From Candidatus Woesearchaeota archaeon (lineage in GTDB: Archaea > Nanobdellota > Nanobdellia > Woesearchaeales > JABGXB01), in the NCBI GenBank assembly GCA_018675975.1, contig JABGXB010000002.1, positions 62,001 to 126,000 on the forward strand: DNA of 64,000 nt, in the 5' to 3' direction. The position numbers and the translations under genes were made by a program. Below, one piece after another: positions 19,905-29,936 of the stretch. A model generated the notes under the pieces. That model saw nothing but the letters and a program-made list of their open reading frames with translations. It made no database searches and was not told where the DNA came from. Each line of letters opens with the position of its first letter. The first letter of the stretch is position 1.

Positions 19905-20531
19905 TCACCTCAAACTATTTTTTTTATACCAAGAAACAAATTGTCTAATAAAATTATTTTCAATCTCGTCTGGATTAGCAACTGTTCTATATTCATCCAT
20001 ATCCATTTGAGCAAATGTTTTTTCGAAACTACTTGGAATTAATAATCTACTAAAAGGATATTTATGAAATGGTTTTAATTCACCTTGTGGCTCCATTGCA
20101 ATTTTACCAGTTTGAATATCTGAAAATACAACTGGCTCATGCATTACACCACTAATATAAGCTAAAGAACCTTCTAATCTATATCCTCTATTGTCTTCCG
20201 GAATTAATCTTAAAAATTCTTCATCAGTTAATTCAGATAAAACTTCATGTTTTATACCAGGCCAACTTTCTTTAGAAGTTGGTTTCTTTTTTTTAAAATC
20301 TAAGTATAGTCCAAAACCAATACAAATTGCATTTCTAGAACCATTAAAATCTTTGTGTTTATAAAAATATGATGCATTAGCTTTAACATAATTAGAAACA
20401 CTACTTCCTGCAACATGAATAGGTCCTTCTACTCTCATATGAACTGGATTATTTAAACAATTTAATCTTTTTCTAATCATATGATATAATCCATCATTAT
20501 TAGTAAAAATTTGTAATTCTTCTTTTACCAT
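19905..20531 (-). CDS. hypothetical protein
   Basis: ORF track. Confidence 0.6.
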   Translation of the reverse strand: MVKEELQIFTNNDGLYHMIRKRLNCLNNPVHMRVEGPIHVAGSSVSNYVKANASYFYKHKDFNGSRNAICIGFGLYLDFKKKKPTSKESWPGIKHEVLSELTDEEFLRLIPEDNRGYRLEGSLAYISGVMHEPVVFSDIQTGKIAMEPQGELKPFHKYPFSRLLIPSSFEKTFAQMDMDEYRTVANPDEIENNFIRQFVSWYKKNSLR

Positions 20532-20575
20532 AAGTGAAAAAATAATTTACCAATTAATAAATATTATTGTGATAA

Positions 20576-21979
20576 TTAATACAAAAATCTCAATAATCCT
20601 TTAATAAAAGGAGTTAATTTTTCAGACATCAAATTTCCGATTATTTTTTTATTCACCCTAGTTGAAGTTGGATATGAATATATTTTATTAAAAAACGCAT
20701 TAATTTTTAATTTATTTGCTTTTGCTAATACTAATTCTTGAAACATTTCACCAGCATTTGGAGCAATTACACTTCCACCAAGTAAATTGTTTTTATTATC
20801 AACATATAAAAGCATTTTCCCATCTTTATAATCATCAACAATTGCTCTATCATCATCTTTAAAATCAAGTGAAAGTTTTTTATATTTTAATTTTCTGTTT
20901 TTAATTTCTTTTTCATTAATTCCAAATGTTGCAATTTCGGGTTGAGTAAAAGTAACCCAATTTAAATTATCATTATTTAATTTTTTCCAAAATAAACCAG
21001 GTTTAAAAAAATTTGATAAAATTACTCCAGCGTGCAATTCAGCTGCATGAGTAAATTGATAACTTCCTGCAATATCACCACATAAAAATACATTAGGATT
21101 AGTTGTTTGTAAATATTCATTTACTTCTATACCTTTTTCATGTGTTTTAATATTAGCTTTATCTAAGTCTAAATTATTATAATTTAAAACTCTGCCAATA
21201 CCAACAAAAACATTATCAAAACTAACTTTAGTTTTTATTCCATTATTATTAATAATACATTCATTTTTTGATGTAAATTCCATTGGATTAGAATTAAATA
21301 AAAATTTAATTCCTTCTTTTTCTAATCTATTTTTTAAAATATTTGAAATTTCAATATTTTCTTTTGGTAAAAATTTATTACCTCTAATAATAACTAAACA
21401 TTCTACACCTAATCGATTAAAGGCTTGAGAAATTTCTAAACTAATTGGACCTCCTCCAATAAATAACATTTTTTGTGGTAATTTTTTCATTGAAAAAACA
21501 TTTTCATTATTAATTACATCAACATTTTCAATACCAGGAACATTTAATTTTCTTGGTTTTGAACCAGTTGCAATTACAATTTTTTTACCCTTAAATGTTT
21601 TACCAGAAACCTCAACTTCATTTTCAGAAACAAATCGAGCTTCACCTAAAGCAACATCAATTCCCTTTTTTCTAAAATAACTTGCATTTTCGTGAACACG
21701 AATATACTCTTTTTTATCATCAATATAATTCATAACTTTTTTTAAATCAATTTTACCAGAAACTTTTAATCCAAAATGCTCTGATTCTTTTGCACCATGA
21801 GCTAATTTTGCACAATGAATTAATGCTTTTGAAGGAACACAACCATGATTTAAACAATCTCCACCAATTGATTTATCAGTTTTATCAATTAAAAGAACCT
21901 TAAATCCAATTCTAATCATAAACATAGCAATATTTAATCCACCTGATCCAGCACCAATAATAATTATATCATATATCAT
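20576..21979 (-). CDS. pyridine nucleotide-disulfide oxidoreductase (MerA/Lpd-like, no C-terminal CC)
   Basis: IIGAGSGG, GGDCLNHGCVPSK, IATGS, GD..FTHAA, FTQPE, YPT. Confidence 0.9.
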   Translation of the reverse strand: MIYDIIIIGAGSGGLNIAMFMIRIGFKVLLIDKTDKSIGGDCLNHGCVPSKALIHCAKLAHGAKESEHFGLKVSGKIDLKKVMNYIDDKKEYIRVHENASYFRKKGIDVALGEARFVSENEVEVSGKTFKGKKIVIATGSKPRKLNVPGIENVDVINNENVFSMKKLPQKMLFIGGGPISLEISQAFNRLGVECLVIIRGNKFLPKENIEISNILKNRLEKEGIKFLFNSNPMEFTSKNECIINNNGIKTKVSFDNVFVGIGRVLNYNNLDLDKANIKTHEKGIEVNEYLQTTNPNVFLCGDIAGSYQFTHAAELHAGVILSNFFKPGLFWKKLNNDNLNWVTFTQPEIATFGINEKEIKNRKLKYKKLSLDFKDDDRAIVDDYKDGKMLLYVDNKNNLLGGSVIAPNAGEMFQELVLAKANKLKINAFFNKIYSYPTSTRVNKKIIGNLMSEKLTPFIKGLLRFLY

Positions 21980-21993
21980 ATTTATTCCTCAAT

Positions 21994-23046
21994 TTATTCA
22001 ATATTATAAAGTTTTGTTTCTGGATTAAACGCATACCACGCAAACCAAAAATCTCTTTCTTTTACTATTTTAGTATTGTCATTTAAATTTATTATATTTG
22101 AAGTTCCATCATCATTCATTTCTATTTTTATATCAACACCAGCAATATTATCAATTATAAAACCAACTTCTTTTACATCAGATTCTTTATATGCTTTTGT
22201 CACTCCATTAATTTCAACACCCCAAATTGGAGTTTTTGGATGAATTCTATCATCTTCATTTTCAACATCGAAGATTAAAAAAGAATCACTATAATAAGAA
22301 CCATACGGATCTACACCATAATTTCTTTGAGCCCCAGTATCTCTAGTTAATACAATAGCATCATCATTATTATTTTTATAATCAAACCAAACAACTGTAT
22401 CAATATTTATTTCTTTTAATTCAAACCCAGTCAATTCTCCAACAATTGCATTACCATCAATTTGCTGCCAATAAGATTTAGTTAATCTATCATACATAAC
22501 TAAATTACTATTAAATAATTTCCCACTAGTACCAAACTCAACTGCATTTCCATCAATTACTCTATGATATGCAATACCCGAGCCACACAATGGACAATAT
22601 GTAATTAAAATAGGATCACCATCAATAAAATCATTTACAATTTCATGCCAAACCAGAATTTGAAGAGGATAAACTTTTTTTTTACCCTTATAATGAATAG
22701 CTAAAACTAATTCATCATCCCCAATCCAATCAACTTCATTAATTTTTTGATATTTCGGATTATCAATTGACGGAATAATATCTTTTACATCCCCAGGTTT
22801 TGCAATACCTTTTTTTATTTTACTTGGATCAATAATATATTTAATTCCATTATAATCAATTTTTATATCATAATTTAAAGAATTATTAATTGCATTAAAA
22901 TCCCAAAATTTATTATTTAATTTAGAATCCCCATTTATTTTATTTTCATTAATTAAATCATTAGAAGAGTTAAAAAATAAATTCAAAATAAAAGATCCAA
23001 ATACTATAATACAAAACAATAAAATAAATTTATTTTTTAATTTCAT
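21994..23046 (-). CDS. DUF3179 family membrane-anchored protein
   Basis: IPSIDNP, YPLQILVWHEIVND, TYCPLCGSG, FGTSGKL..SNLVMYDR, FWFAWYAF. Confidence 0.9.
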   Translation of the reverse strand: MKLKNKFILLFCIIVFGSFILNLFFNSSNDLINENKINGDSKLNNKFWDFNAINNSLNYDIKIDYNGIKYIIDPSKIKKGIAKPGDVKDIIPSIDNPKYQKINEVDWIGDDELVLAIHYKGKKKVYPLQILVWHEIVNDFIDGDPILITYCPLCGSGIAYHRVIDGNAVEFGTSGKLFNSNLVMYDRLTKSYWQQIDGNAIVGELTGFELKEINIDTVVWFDYKNNNDDAIVLTRDTGAQRNYGVDPYGSYYSDSFLIFDVENEDDRIHPKTPIWGVEINGVTKAYKESDVKEVGFIIDNIAGVDIKIEMNDDGTSNIINLNDNTKIVKERDFWFAWYAFNPETKLYNIE

Positions 23047-23739
23047 TTAAAATAACCTCAATATATTAAAAACAAATAATAAATAGTAAATACTTATTAT
23101 CATCATTATTAAACCAGACACTACATTTATTTTATTTTTATATTTAACAAACCCATTAATAACAATTTTACTTTTTAATTGAGGTAAAATACTAAAAATA
23201 ATAATTGGAATAGACATACCTAATCCAAAAAATATAAATTCTATAATATTTAATAAAAAATCCGTAACCAAACTTTGTTTTGCAAACATTAAAGCAATAA
23301 AAAGAGGATTACACGGTAATACTATTATACCAAAAAAAAAACCAAAAAAGAATGCCGATAATTTCGGATTAGAGAAAATTGGACCAGAAAAACTTGGAAT
23401 TAATTTCGAGAAATCAAAATTAAAAACTAATAAGAAGCTTATAATAAATAATATTGTAAACGCAATCGGACTAATTATATTAATAATTTTACTTAAAGAT
23501 AATTCTAAAAACGTAGAAAAAATTAATCCAAATAAACTCATAAATGTAATTATACCTAATGCAACCAGAAAACCCAATTTTGGAATTGCATGTGGAACAA
23601 TCTTTTTTTTACTTAAATTAGTTGCCAAATAAGACAAATATCCTGGATACAATGGCAATACACATACTGCTCCAAAAGGAGTCAACATTCCTAAAATAAA
23701 AGATCCTATAAACTTTAATTGTAAAATTTCACTCAACAT
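23047..23739 (-). CDS. ccdA: CcdA/DsbD-type thiol-disulfide membrane protein
   Basis: CVLPLYP and LPC cysteines, multiple TM segments. Confidence 0.8.
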   Translation of the reverse strand: MLSEILQLKFIGSFILGMLTPFGAVCVLPLYPGYLSYLATNLSKKKIVPHAIPKLGFLVALGIITFMSLFGLIFSTFLELSLSKIINIISPIAFTILFIISFLLVFNFDFSKLIPSFSGPIFSNPKLSAFFFGFFFGIIVLPCNPLFIALMFAKQSLVTDFLLNIIEFIFFGLGMSIPIIIFSILPQLKSKIVINGFVKYKNKINVVSGLIMMIISIYYLLFVFNILRLF

Positions 23740-24311
23740 TTTTCATTAATTAAATTATTTATTTTTATCATTGATTTGAATCCACCTAAAAGTAAATGTT
23801 CTGATTTATCTGGACAAATTAAAATCAAAGGTGCTAATGCAGTAGACAAAATACTATTACCAAATTTTGCAGTTAATTCTCTAGTCATTTCAATTGGTAC
23901 AATTGAAAATGGCCAATCAAAATTATTTTTTTTAATATGATTCAAAACAATATTATCATCTTCATTAGGATCAGTATTAAGACCAACAGAAATTATATCA
24001 TCTCCTAGTTGATCATGTAATTTTTTTATTTCTTTTTGTTGTTTTGTACAAGTTGGACACCAAGTTGCAAAACTCTCAACTAAAATTGGTTTATTTCCCA
24101 ATTCCAAAATTTTATAATTTTCATTCGTATTTAAATCAATTAATTCATAATTTTGCCATGATGATATTTGTTTGAGAGAATCTGTTTTAGAATCCACTTC
24201 ATTATTTTGACAAGCCACTAAAAAAAGAGAAATAAAAATAATAAATAGAATAAATACTTTTAAATTTAATTTTTGTTTCAATTTCATCATATTTATTTCC
24301 CCATCAATCAT
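23733..24311 (-). CDS. TlpA/ResA-like exported thioredoxin-fold protein
   Basis: lipobox-like LVAC; FATWCPTC. Confidence 0.85.
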   Translation of the reverse strand: MIDGEINMMKLKQKLNLKVFILFIIFISLFLVACQNNEVDSKTDSLKQISSWQNYELIDLNTNENYKILELGNKPILVESFATWCPTCTKQQKEIKKLHDQLGDDIISVGLNTDPNEDDNIVLNHIKKNNFDWPFSIVPIEMTRELTAKFGNSILSTALAPLILICPDKSEHLLLGGFKSMIKINNLINEKC

Positions 24312-24373
24312 TATAATTAAATAATTATAAATATCTTAATACATTTATAGTACTTTAGTGTTACGTTTGATAG

Positions 24374-24390
24374 TCAAAACAAAGTTTGAA
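24374..24390. promoter_or_regulatory. putative operator TCAAAAC-AAA-GTTTGAA
   Basis: near copy of the perfect palindrome at 37097-37113. Confidence 0.55.
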
Positions 24391-24422
24391 CCTCAATTAT
24401 TATTTAAATAATAATAAATTAA

Positions 24423-26069
24423 TTAATAATTACATTTAATATCATTTAATTCATTTGTAAATATCTCAAAGTTTTCACTATAATCAATTTTACAATCAAT
24501 AATTACAGGTTTATTCAATAAAAATGCTTTTTTTAAAGTTGGAATTAATTCAGCAGATGATTTTATTTCAAATCCTTTAGCACCATAACTTTGAGCATAT
24601 TTAACAAAATTAGGATTATTCAAATCTAATGCAAAATCACTAAAACCATGATTTTTTTGTTTCCATTTAATAAATCCATATGCATTGTCATTCAATATTA
24701 AAACTACAATATTAATTTTATATTTAACTGCTGTAGCTAAATCCTGACTATTCATCATGAATCCACCATCCCCACAGACCGCCAATATTTTCTTTTTTGG
24801 ATCAACTAATTTGGCCGCCAATGCACTTGGCATACCCGCACCCATTGTAGCTAAAGTATTATCTAATAATACGGTACCAATATCATATGCAGGATAATGT
24901 CTACTAAACCACATTTTATATATTCCATTATCTAAACAAATAATATCTTTTTTGCCCATCACAGTTCGAATATCTTTTATTAATTTTCTAGGTTTAATTG
25001 GAAAACTATTATCTTTAGTTCCATCCATAAACAAAATTTCATTTAATTTTTTTTTAATTTTCAATTCATAATTTCCATCATGACTATATTTACCTAATTG
25101 TTTAGAAATCATAGAAATGGATTCTGCAATATCTCCTATCACTTCTACAATTGGATCATAATAAGTATCATTTTCAGAAGAAACAAAATCAATATGAATT
25201 ATTTTTTTATTTCTATTTTTATTCCACACACTCGGTGGATGTTCAACAGTATTATATCCCACCATAATTAATAAATCACTCCTATCAACAACACAATTTA
25301 CATAATCTTTTTTATGTATTCCAAAAGTATATAAACTATTTTTATGATCATCACCTAAAACACCTTTTCCTAATTGAGTATGTATGGCATAAATATTTGT
25401 TTTATTACAAAAAGATTTTATGCTATCTCTCACCCTATTTCTTTGAGCTCTACTACTAATAATTATAATCGGATTTTTTGCTTTTTTAATTTCATCTACC
25501 ACAAAATTAATTGATTTTTTTTCAGCAATTGGTCGTCTTATTTGTATTTTTTTTTGTGGTATAAATCCATTAATATTTTCAATAGCTATATCTTCTGGTA
25601 ACTCAATATGCGTTGCACCTTGCCTTTCTGAAGTAGAAAGTTTAAATGCATTTCTAATTTCTTTAGGAATATTTTTTGGGCTTACAATTTGAACAGAATG
25701 TTTTGTTATAGGCTTAAACATATTTACTATATCTAATACTTGAAAATTTGCCTGTAAATTATCTCGTACTCCTTTTTGCCCAGTAATTGACAACATAGGC
25801 ATACCACCTAATTGTCCATGCGCAATACCAGTAATTAAATTAGTTGCACCAGGACCTAAAGTCGCCATACAAACTCCTACTTTTCCAGTAAGTCTTCCAT
25901 ATGTTGCAGCCATAAAAGCTGAGACTTGTTCATGTCTATTAATAATAATTTTAATTTTTGTTTTTCTCAAACTTTCAAGTAAATCTAAATTTTCTTCACC
26001 CGGTACAGAAAAAATATATTCTACCTCTTCATTTACTAAACACTTAACAAATAAATCAGATGCTTTCAT
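24423..26069 (-). CDS. ThDP-dependent acetolactate synthase large subunit-like enzyme
   Basis: VPGEENL, RHEQ, TLGPGATN, GDGGFMM..N ThDP motif. Confidence 0.9.
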   Translation of the reverse strand: MKASDLFVKCLVNEEVEYIFSVPGEENLDLLESLRKTKIKIIINRHEQVSAFMAATYGRLTGKVGVCMATLGPGATNLITGIAHGQLGGMPMLSITGQKGVRDNLQANFQVLDIVNMFKPITKHSVQIVSPKNIPKEIRNAFKLSTSERQGATHIELPEDIAIENINGFIPQKKIQIRRPIAEKKSINFVVDEIKKAKNPIIIISSRAQRNRVRDSIKSFCNKTNIYAIHTQLGKGVLGDDHKNSLYTFGIHKKDYVNCVVDRSDLLIMVGYNTVEHPPSVWNKNRNKKIIHIDFVSSENDTYYDPIVEVIGDIAESISMISKQLGKYSHDGNYELKIKKKLNEILFMDGTKDNSFPIKPRKLIKDIRTVMGKKDIICLDNGIYKMWFSRHYPAYDIGTVLLDNTLATMGAGMPSALAAKLVDPKKKILAVCGDGGFMMNSQDLATAVKYKINIVVLILNDNAYGFIKWKQKNHGFSDFALDLNNPNFVKYAQSYGAKGFEIKSSAELIPTLKKAFLLNKPVIIDCKIDYSENFEIFTNELNDIKCNY

Positions 26070-26072
26070 ATT

Positions 26073-27509
26073 TTATTTCCTCACATTATTTTGATTTATA
26101 ACCATTATTTTTATTTCAGTCATATCATCAATTGCAAACTTAACTCCTTCTCTACCAAATCCTGAATCCTTAACCCCTCCATAGGGCATATTATCAACTC
26201 TAAATGTTGGAACATCATTTATTACTAAACCACCTACATCCAAATCATCAAAAGCTTTCATAATTAATTCATGTGAATTAGTAAAAATACCAGCTTGCAA
26301 TCCAAATTGAGATGCATTAATTTTTTTAATTGCCACAGTTCCATCTTTAACTTTAAATACATTTACTATCGGGGCAAATGCTTCATTTTTCATAATCAGA
26401 CAATTCGCAGAAGGATTTTCAATTATTGTTGGTAAAATAGTATTATTTTTTTTATCAAATTTACCACCATAAATAATATTTGAACCATTTAATCTAGCAT
26501 CATCAATCCAATTTAATATTCTTTTAGTATTTTTAGAATCAATAATTGAACTAATATCAGTATTTTCTAAAATTGGATTTCCAATAATTAATTTTTTAAC
26601 TTCTTTTACAAATTTTAAAATAAATTCATCATAAATTTTTTCATGAATAAACATTCTTTGAATACTAATACAAACTTGACCACTATATGCAAAAGCACCA
26701 ATAACACATCTTTTAACAGCATAATCCATATCAGCACTTTCATCAATATATACTGCAGCATCACCGCCTAATTCCAGAACAACTTTTTTCTTTCCAGATC
26801 TATTTTTAATATCCCAACCTATTGGAACACTTCCTGTAAAACTAATCATTTTAATTCTTTCATCACTAATAAATTCATCAGCAGTTTTTCTATCACAAGG
26901 AATAATTTGTAACGTTTCTTTAGGTAGTTTTGTTTTATCAAAAATATCAGCTAAAATTAATGCAGTTAAAGGCACTTTAGAAGCTGGTTTAATTATAATT
27001 GGATTTCCACTTGCAATTGCAGGTGCAACTTTATGTGCAACTAAATTTAATGGAAAATTAAATGGACAAATTCCAAAAATAGGCCCAATTGGAAATCTTT
27101 TAATAACTCCAAACCGATTACCAGATGCAGGCGTAATATCAAGCGGCATTACCTCTCCACCTTGTGTATTTATTACTTCAGAAGCCACCTTAAATGTGGA
27201 AGCTGCTCTTGTAACCTCACCAAATGCATACTTAAGCGGTTTCCCACTTTCTTTAGAAAGAGTTTTTGCAATTTCATTTCTTCTTCTATTCAATTCATTA
27301 GAAATAAATAATAAAGCTTCAGATCTTTGATAAGTTAGTAATGATTTTGTTTCTTCAAAAACATTAACAGCAGATTTAATAGCAGTATTAAGAATACTTT
27401 TATCAGCAATATAAACAGAAGATATTTTTTTATTATTATATGGATTTACAATATCAATTGAATTTTTTGTTTTTATCCATTTACCACCAACAAAAATTTT
27501 ATTTATCAT
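26073..27509 (-). CDS. aldehyde dehydrogenase
   Basis: PFNFPLNL, KPA, FTGS, LELGG, GQVC, EAFAP, GGVKDSGFGREG. Confidence 0.95.
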   Translation of the reverse strand: MINKIFVGGKWIKTKNSIDIVNPYNNKKISSVYIADKSILNTAIKSAVNVFEETKSLLTYQRSEALLFISNELNRRRNEIAKTLSKESGKPLKYAFGEVTRAASTFKVASEVINTQGGEVMPLDITPASGNRFGVIKRFPIGPIFGICPFNFPLNLVAHKVAPAIASGNPIIIKPASKVPLTALILADIFDKTKLPKETLQIIPCDRKTADEFISDERIKMISFTGSVPIGWDIKNRSGKKKVVLELGGDAAVYIDESADMDYAVKRCVIGAFAYSGQVCISIQRMFIHEKIYDEFILKFVKEVKKLIIGNPILENTDISSIIDSKNTKRILNWIDDARLNGSNIIYGGKFDKKNNTILPTIIENPSANCLIMKNEAFAPIVNVFKVKDGTVAIKKINASQFGLQAGIFTNSHELIMKAFDDLDVGGLVINDVPTFRVDNMPYGGVKDSGFGREGVKFAIDDMTEIKIMVINQNNVRK

Positions 27510-27642
27510 TTCAACCTCTTTATATTAATTATTAAATTATGATTTAATAAAGATTATGATTAATATAAAAATTAATTAGTATTGTCAAAAGATAATTTGA
27601 AATAAAAGAAAATGATTTATACAAATACTCTATATCATGAAA

Positions 27643-28047
27643 CTAAAGTTCTCTTGAACTAAAATAATCTTGAATATGTTGTTTTACATTTGTCAATAAT
27701 TCATAAGTTTCTTCGTATGTTTTCGCACTCATTATATCAATATCTAAATTAAATTTTAAACCATTAAATTGACCATAAGGCACATTCCTTTTTAAATTAA
27801 AATTTAAGAAGTACTCATTAAGACACATAGTTCCTACACATTCACTTGAAACAGAAATACCAATAAAATTACCTTCTTCGCGCACAACGTCCCTATGATA
27901 TGATACACTATACATAATTTCTATCCCTGATTCTTTGCCTATAAACAAGAAAAACTCCTCTAATTTTTCCGTATACAATGGACTTTTAAAATCAGGTTCC
28001 AGTAATTTAACTAAATCCAACAAATTATTTGTTTTATTCACTTCCAT
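27643..28047 (-). CDS. hypothetical protein
   Basis: ORF track; TATA upstream. Confidence 0.55.
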   Translation of the reverse strand: MEVNKTNNLLDLVKLLEPDFKSPLYTEKLEEFFLFIGKESGIEIMYSVSYHRDVVREEGNFIGISVSSECVGTMCLNEYFLNFNLKRNVPYGQFNGLKFNLDIDIMSAKTYEETYELLTNVKQHIQDYFSSREL

Positions 28048-28235
28048 AATTAATCTAGCTTAATTAATATTTTTAAATATTCCCATGATTAATAATAAAT
28101 TCTAAAATATACATTAATTAATCATTATTAGAACTAAATTTGTCCACCTAAATATTTAATCTTGAGAATTATCATACCAACCATTTCTTTTTCCAATTTC
28201 TTCAATTATCATGGTATTTCTTTTGAAAGCATCAT

Positions 28236-29180
28236 TTATTTTTTTAAACTCACTATTTTCATATTCTTCATCAAATCTTTTTTTTTTCCCCTTGCTTTTT
28301 GTTCATCAAATTCTGGTTCTTCAACAAATCCTAAATGCTGAATTAAAGGTGTTTGGTCATGATATGAATATTCTTTTCTTTTCACATGGTATTTTAATAT
28401 ATCTCTAGCATATGCTTTAATATTACCCATAGAAGTATTTCCTAAATTAAATTTAACTAAATGTCTTAAAGTTCTATCTAAAGGAAGTTCTGAAGCTAAA
28501 ATAGATACTGTATCTTCATCATCTTTTGATGAAGTTAAAACTAATTCATTTTCACCTTTAGTTATATCAATAAAAATACCAGAATTACAAGCTTCAATAA
28601 AATAAATTTCTCTGTGAGCGTCTATACCTTTTATCATTTTTTTTAAATCTCTGGGTTCTAAAAAATCTCCTCCATATTGTCCTTTATCTTTTAAAAAAAT
28701 ACCTGAAAAGTTTATTTGCTCAAAATTTGCCCCATGCCCAGAAACATAAAATATAAAATTATCATTATCATCAATTTTTTTATTTAATTTATTAAATTCA
28801 GTTTTCATTTCATCTAAAGTTGGTTGAAATAAATAAGTAACTTCATAACCATTATTTTTCAAATTATTTTTAACACCTGAAGGAAAATTAAAGCCTTGTA
28901 TAACTAAAGCATATTTATTTTTTTCTTTTAAATAATCTAAACTATCTAAAAAAAATCCTCTTTCTGACATTAAATTCTCTAAATTATTTGAGCTTTTTTT
29001 ATATTTCTGTATAATTTTTAAAATTGAGTTTTTTTCATTATTAATATAATTAGAAGCTAAATTTAAACTTAATAATCCAGTTGTAAGAAAAAAACCGAAA
29101 GTTAATTTTCTTAAATTTTCTTTTGGAATTAATTGTTTATATTTATTATAACTTTCTTTAATTTTAGATGTTAAATCCAT
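28236..29180 (-). CDS. clan CD (caspase/legumain-like) cysteine peptidase, membrane-anchored; possible frameshifted C-terminus to 28156
   Basis: KYALVI, FYVSGHG, FIEACNSG His-Cys dyad; N-terminal TM. Confidence 0.75.
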   Translation of the reverse strand: MDLTSKIKESYNKYKQLIPKENLRKLTFGFFLTTGLLSLNLASNYINNEKNSILKIIQKYKKSSNNLENLMSERGFFLDSLDYLKEKNKYALVIQGFNFPSGVKNNLKNNGYEVTYLFQPTLDEMKTEFNKLNKKIDDNDNFIFYVSGHGANFEQINFSGIFLKDKGQYGGDFLEPRDLKKMIKGIDAHREIYFIEACNSGIFIDITKGENELVLTSSKDDEDTVSILASELPLDRTLRHLVKFNLGNTSMGNIKAYARDILKYHVKRKEYSYHDQTPLIQHLGFVEEPEFDEQKARGKKKDLMKNMKIVSLKK

Positions 29181-29219
29181 TAAGGTCAGAATTATTTAAT
29201 ACTTATAAAGTGTTCTCTT

Positions 29220-29936
29220 TTAAATTTGTCCACCAAGGTAAATAGTCTTGATTTTAGGATGATTTAATAGTTTTTTATTTCCTTCTAAAGCAATTTGCCC
29301 ATTTTCAAGCAAATAAGTTCTATCCGCCATCCTTAATGCTTGTTTTGCATTTTGTTCTACAATTAAAATAGATAAACCAGTTTTTGCTAATTTAGTGATT
29401 GTTTCAAAAGTCTCTTTTACTAATTTTGGACTTAATCCTAAACTAGGTTCATCCAATAATAATACTTTTGGATTATCCATTAAAGCTCTACCTAAAGCTA
29501 ACATCTGTTGTTCCCCACCACTAAGAGAATAAGCTAAATGTTTTCTTTTTGTTTTTAATACAGAAAATAAAGAATAAATATAATTTAAATTATCTTTAAC
29601 TTTCTTTTTATCCTTAATTAATTCAGCCCCAATTAATAAATTGTCTTTTACTGTTAATGTAGCAAAGTTAATTCTACCTTGAGGAACATAACTAATTCCT
29701 AAATTAAGTAATTCATAAGTTTGTTTATTAGTAATATCATTTTCTTCAAAAAATATTTTTCCACTTTTAATATCAGAAATATTAAAAATTGATTTTAATA
29801 TTGTAGATTTACCAGCACCATTAGGTCCAATCAATGCAACAATTTCATGTTTATCTAAATACATATTAATATTTTTTAAAACATCAAACTCACCATACCC
29901 AGCATCAATGTTATTTAAATTTAATAAATTACTCAC
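29220..29936 (-). CDS. livF: branched-chain amino acid ABC transporter ATPase
   Basis: GPNGAGKS, YVPQGR, LSGGEQQM, LDEPSLGL, VEQN. Confidence 0.92.
   Translation of the reverse strand: MSNLLNLNNIDAGYGEFDVLKNINMYLDKHEIVALIGPNGAGKSTILKSIFNISDIKSGKIFFEENDITNKQTYELLNLGISYVPQGRINFATLTVKDNLLIGAELIKDKKKVKDNLNYIYSLFSVLKTKRKHLAYSLSGGEQQMLALGRALMDNPKVLLLDEPSLGLSPKLVKETFETITKLAKTGLSILIVEQNAKQALRMADRTYLLENGQIALEGNKKLLNHPKIKTIYLGGQI

Noticed and set aside
18591..20576. Repeated ATTAT-TGT(C/G)-ATAAT at 18591 and 20563 as an operator
   Set aside because: Both sit at the BRE position of minus-strand promoters and are almost all A/T.
20576..21979. Call as true mercuric reductase merA
   Set aside because: Lacks the C-terminal vicinal Cys pair and mer operon context.
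21994..24311. Selenocysteine or stop-codon recoding in the redox genes
   Set aside because: CxxC motifs use Cys codons and conserved genes read full length in the standard code.
27560..27588. TTGACA on the minus strand upstream of ALDH as a sigma-70 promoter
   Set aside because: No good -10 at 16-18 nt, and the hexamer is expected many times by chance in AT-rich DNA.
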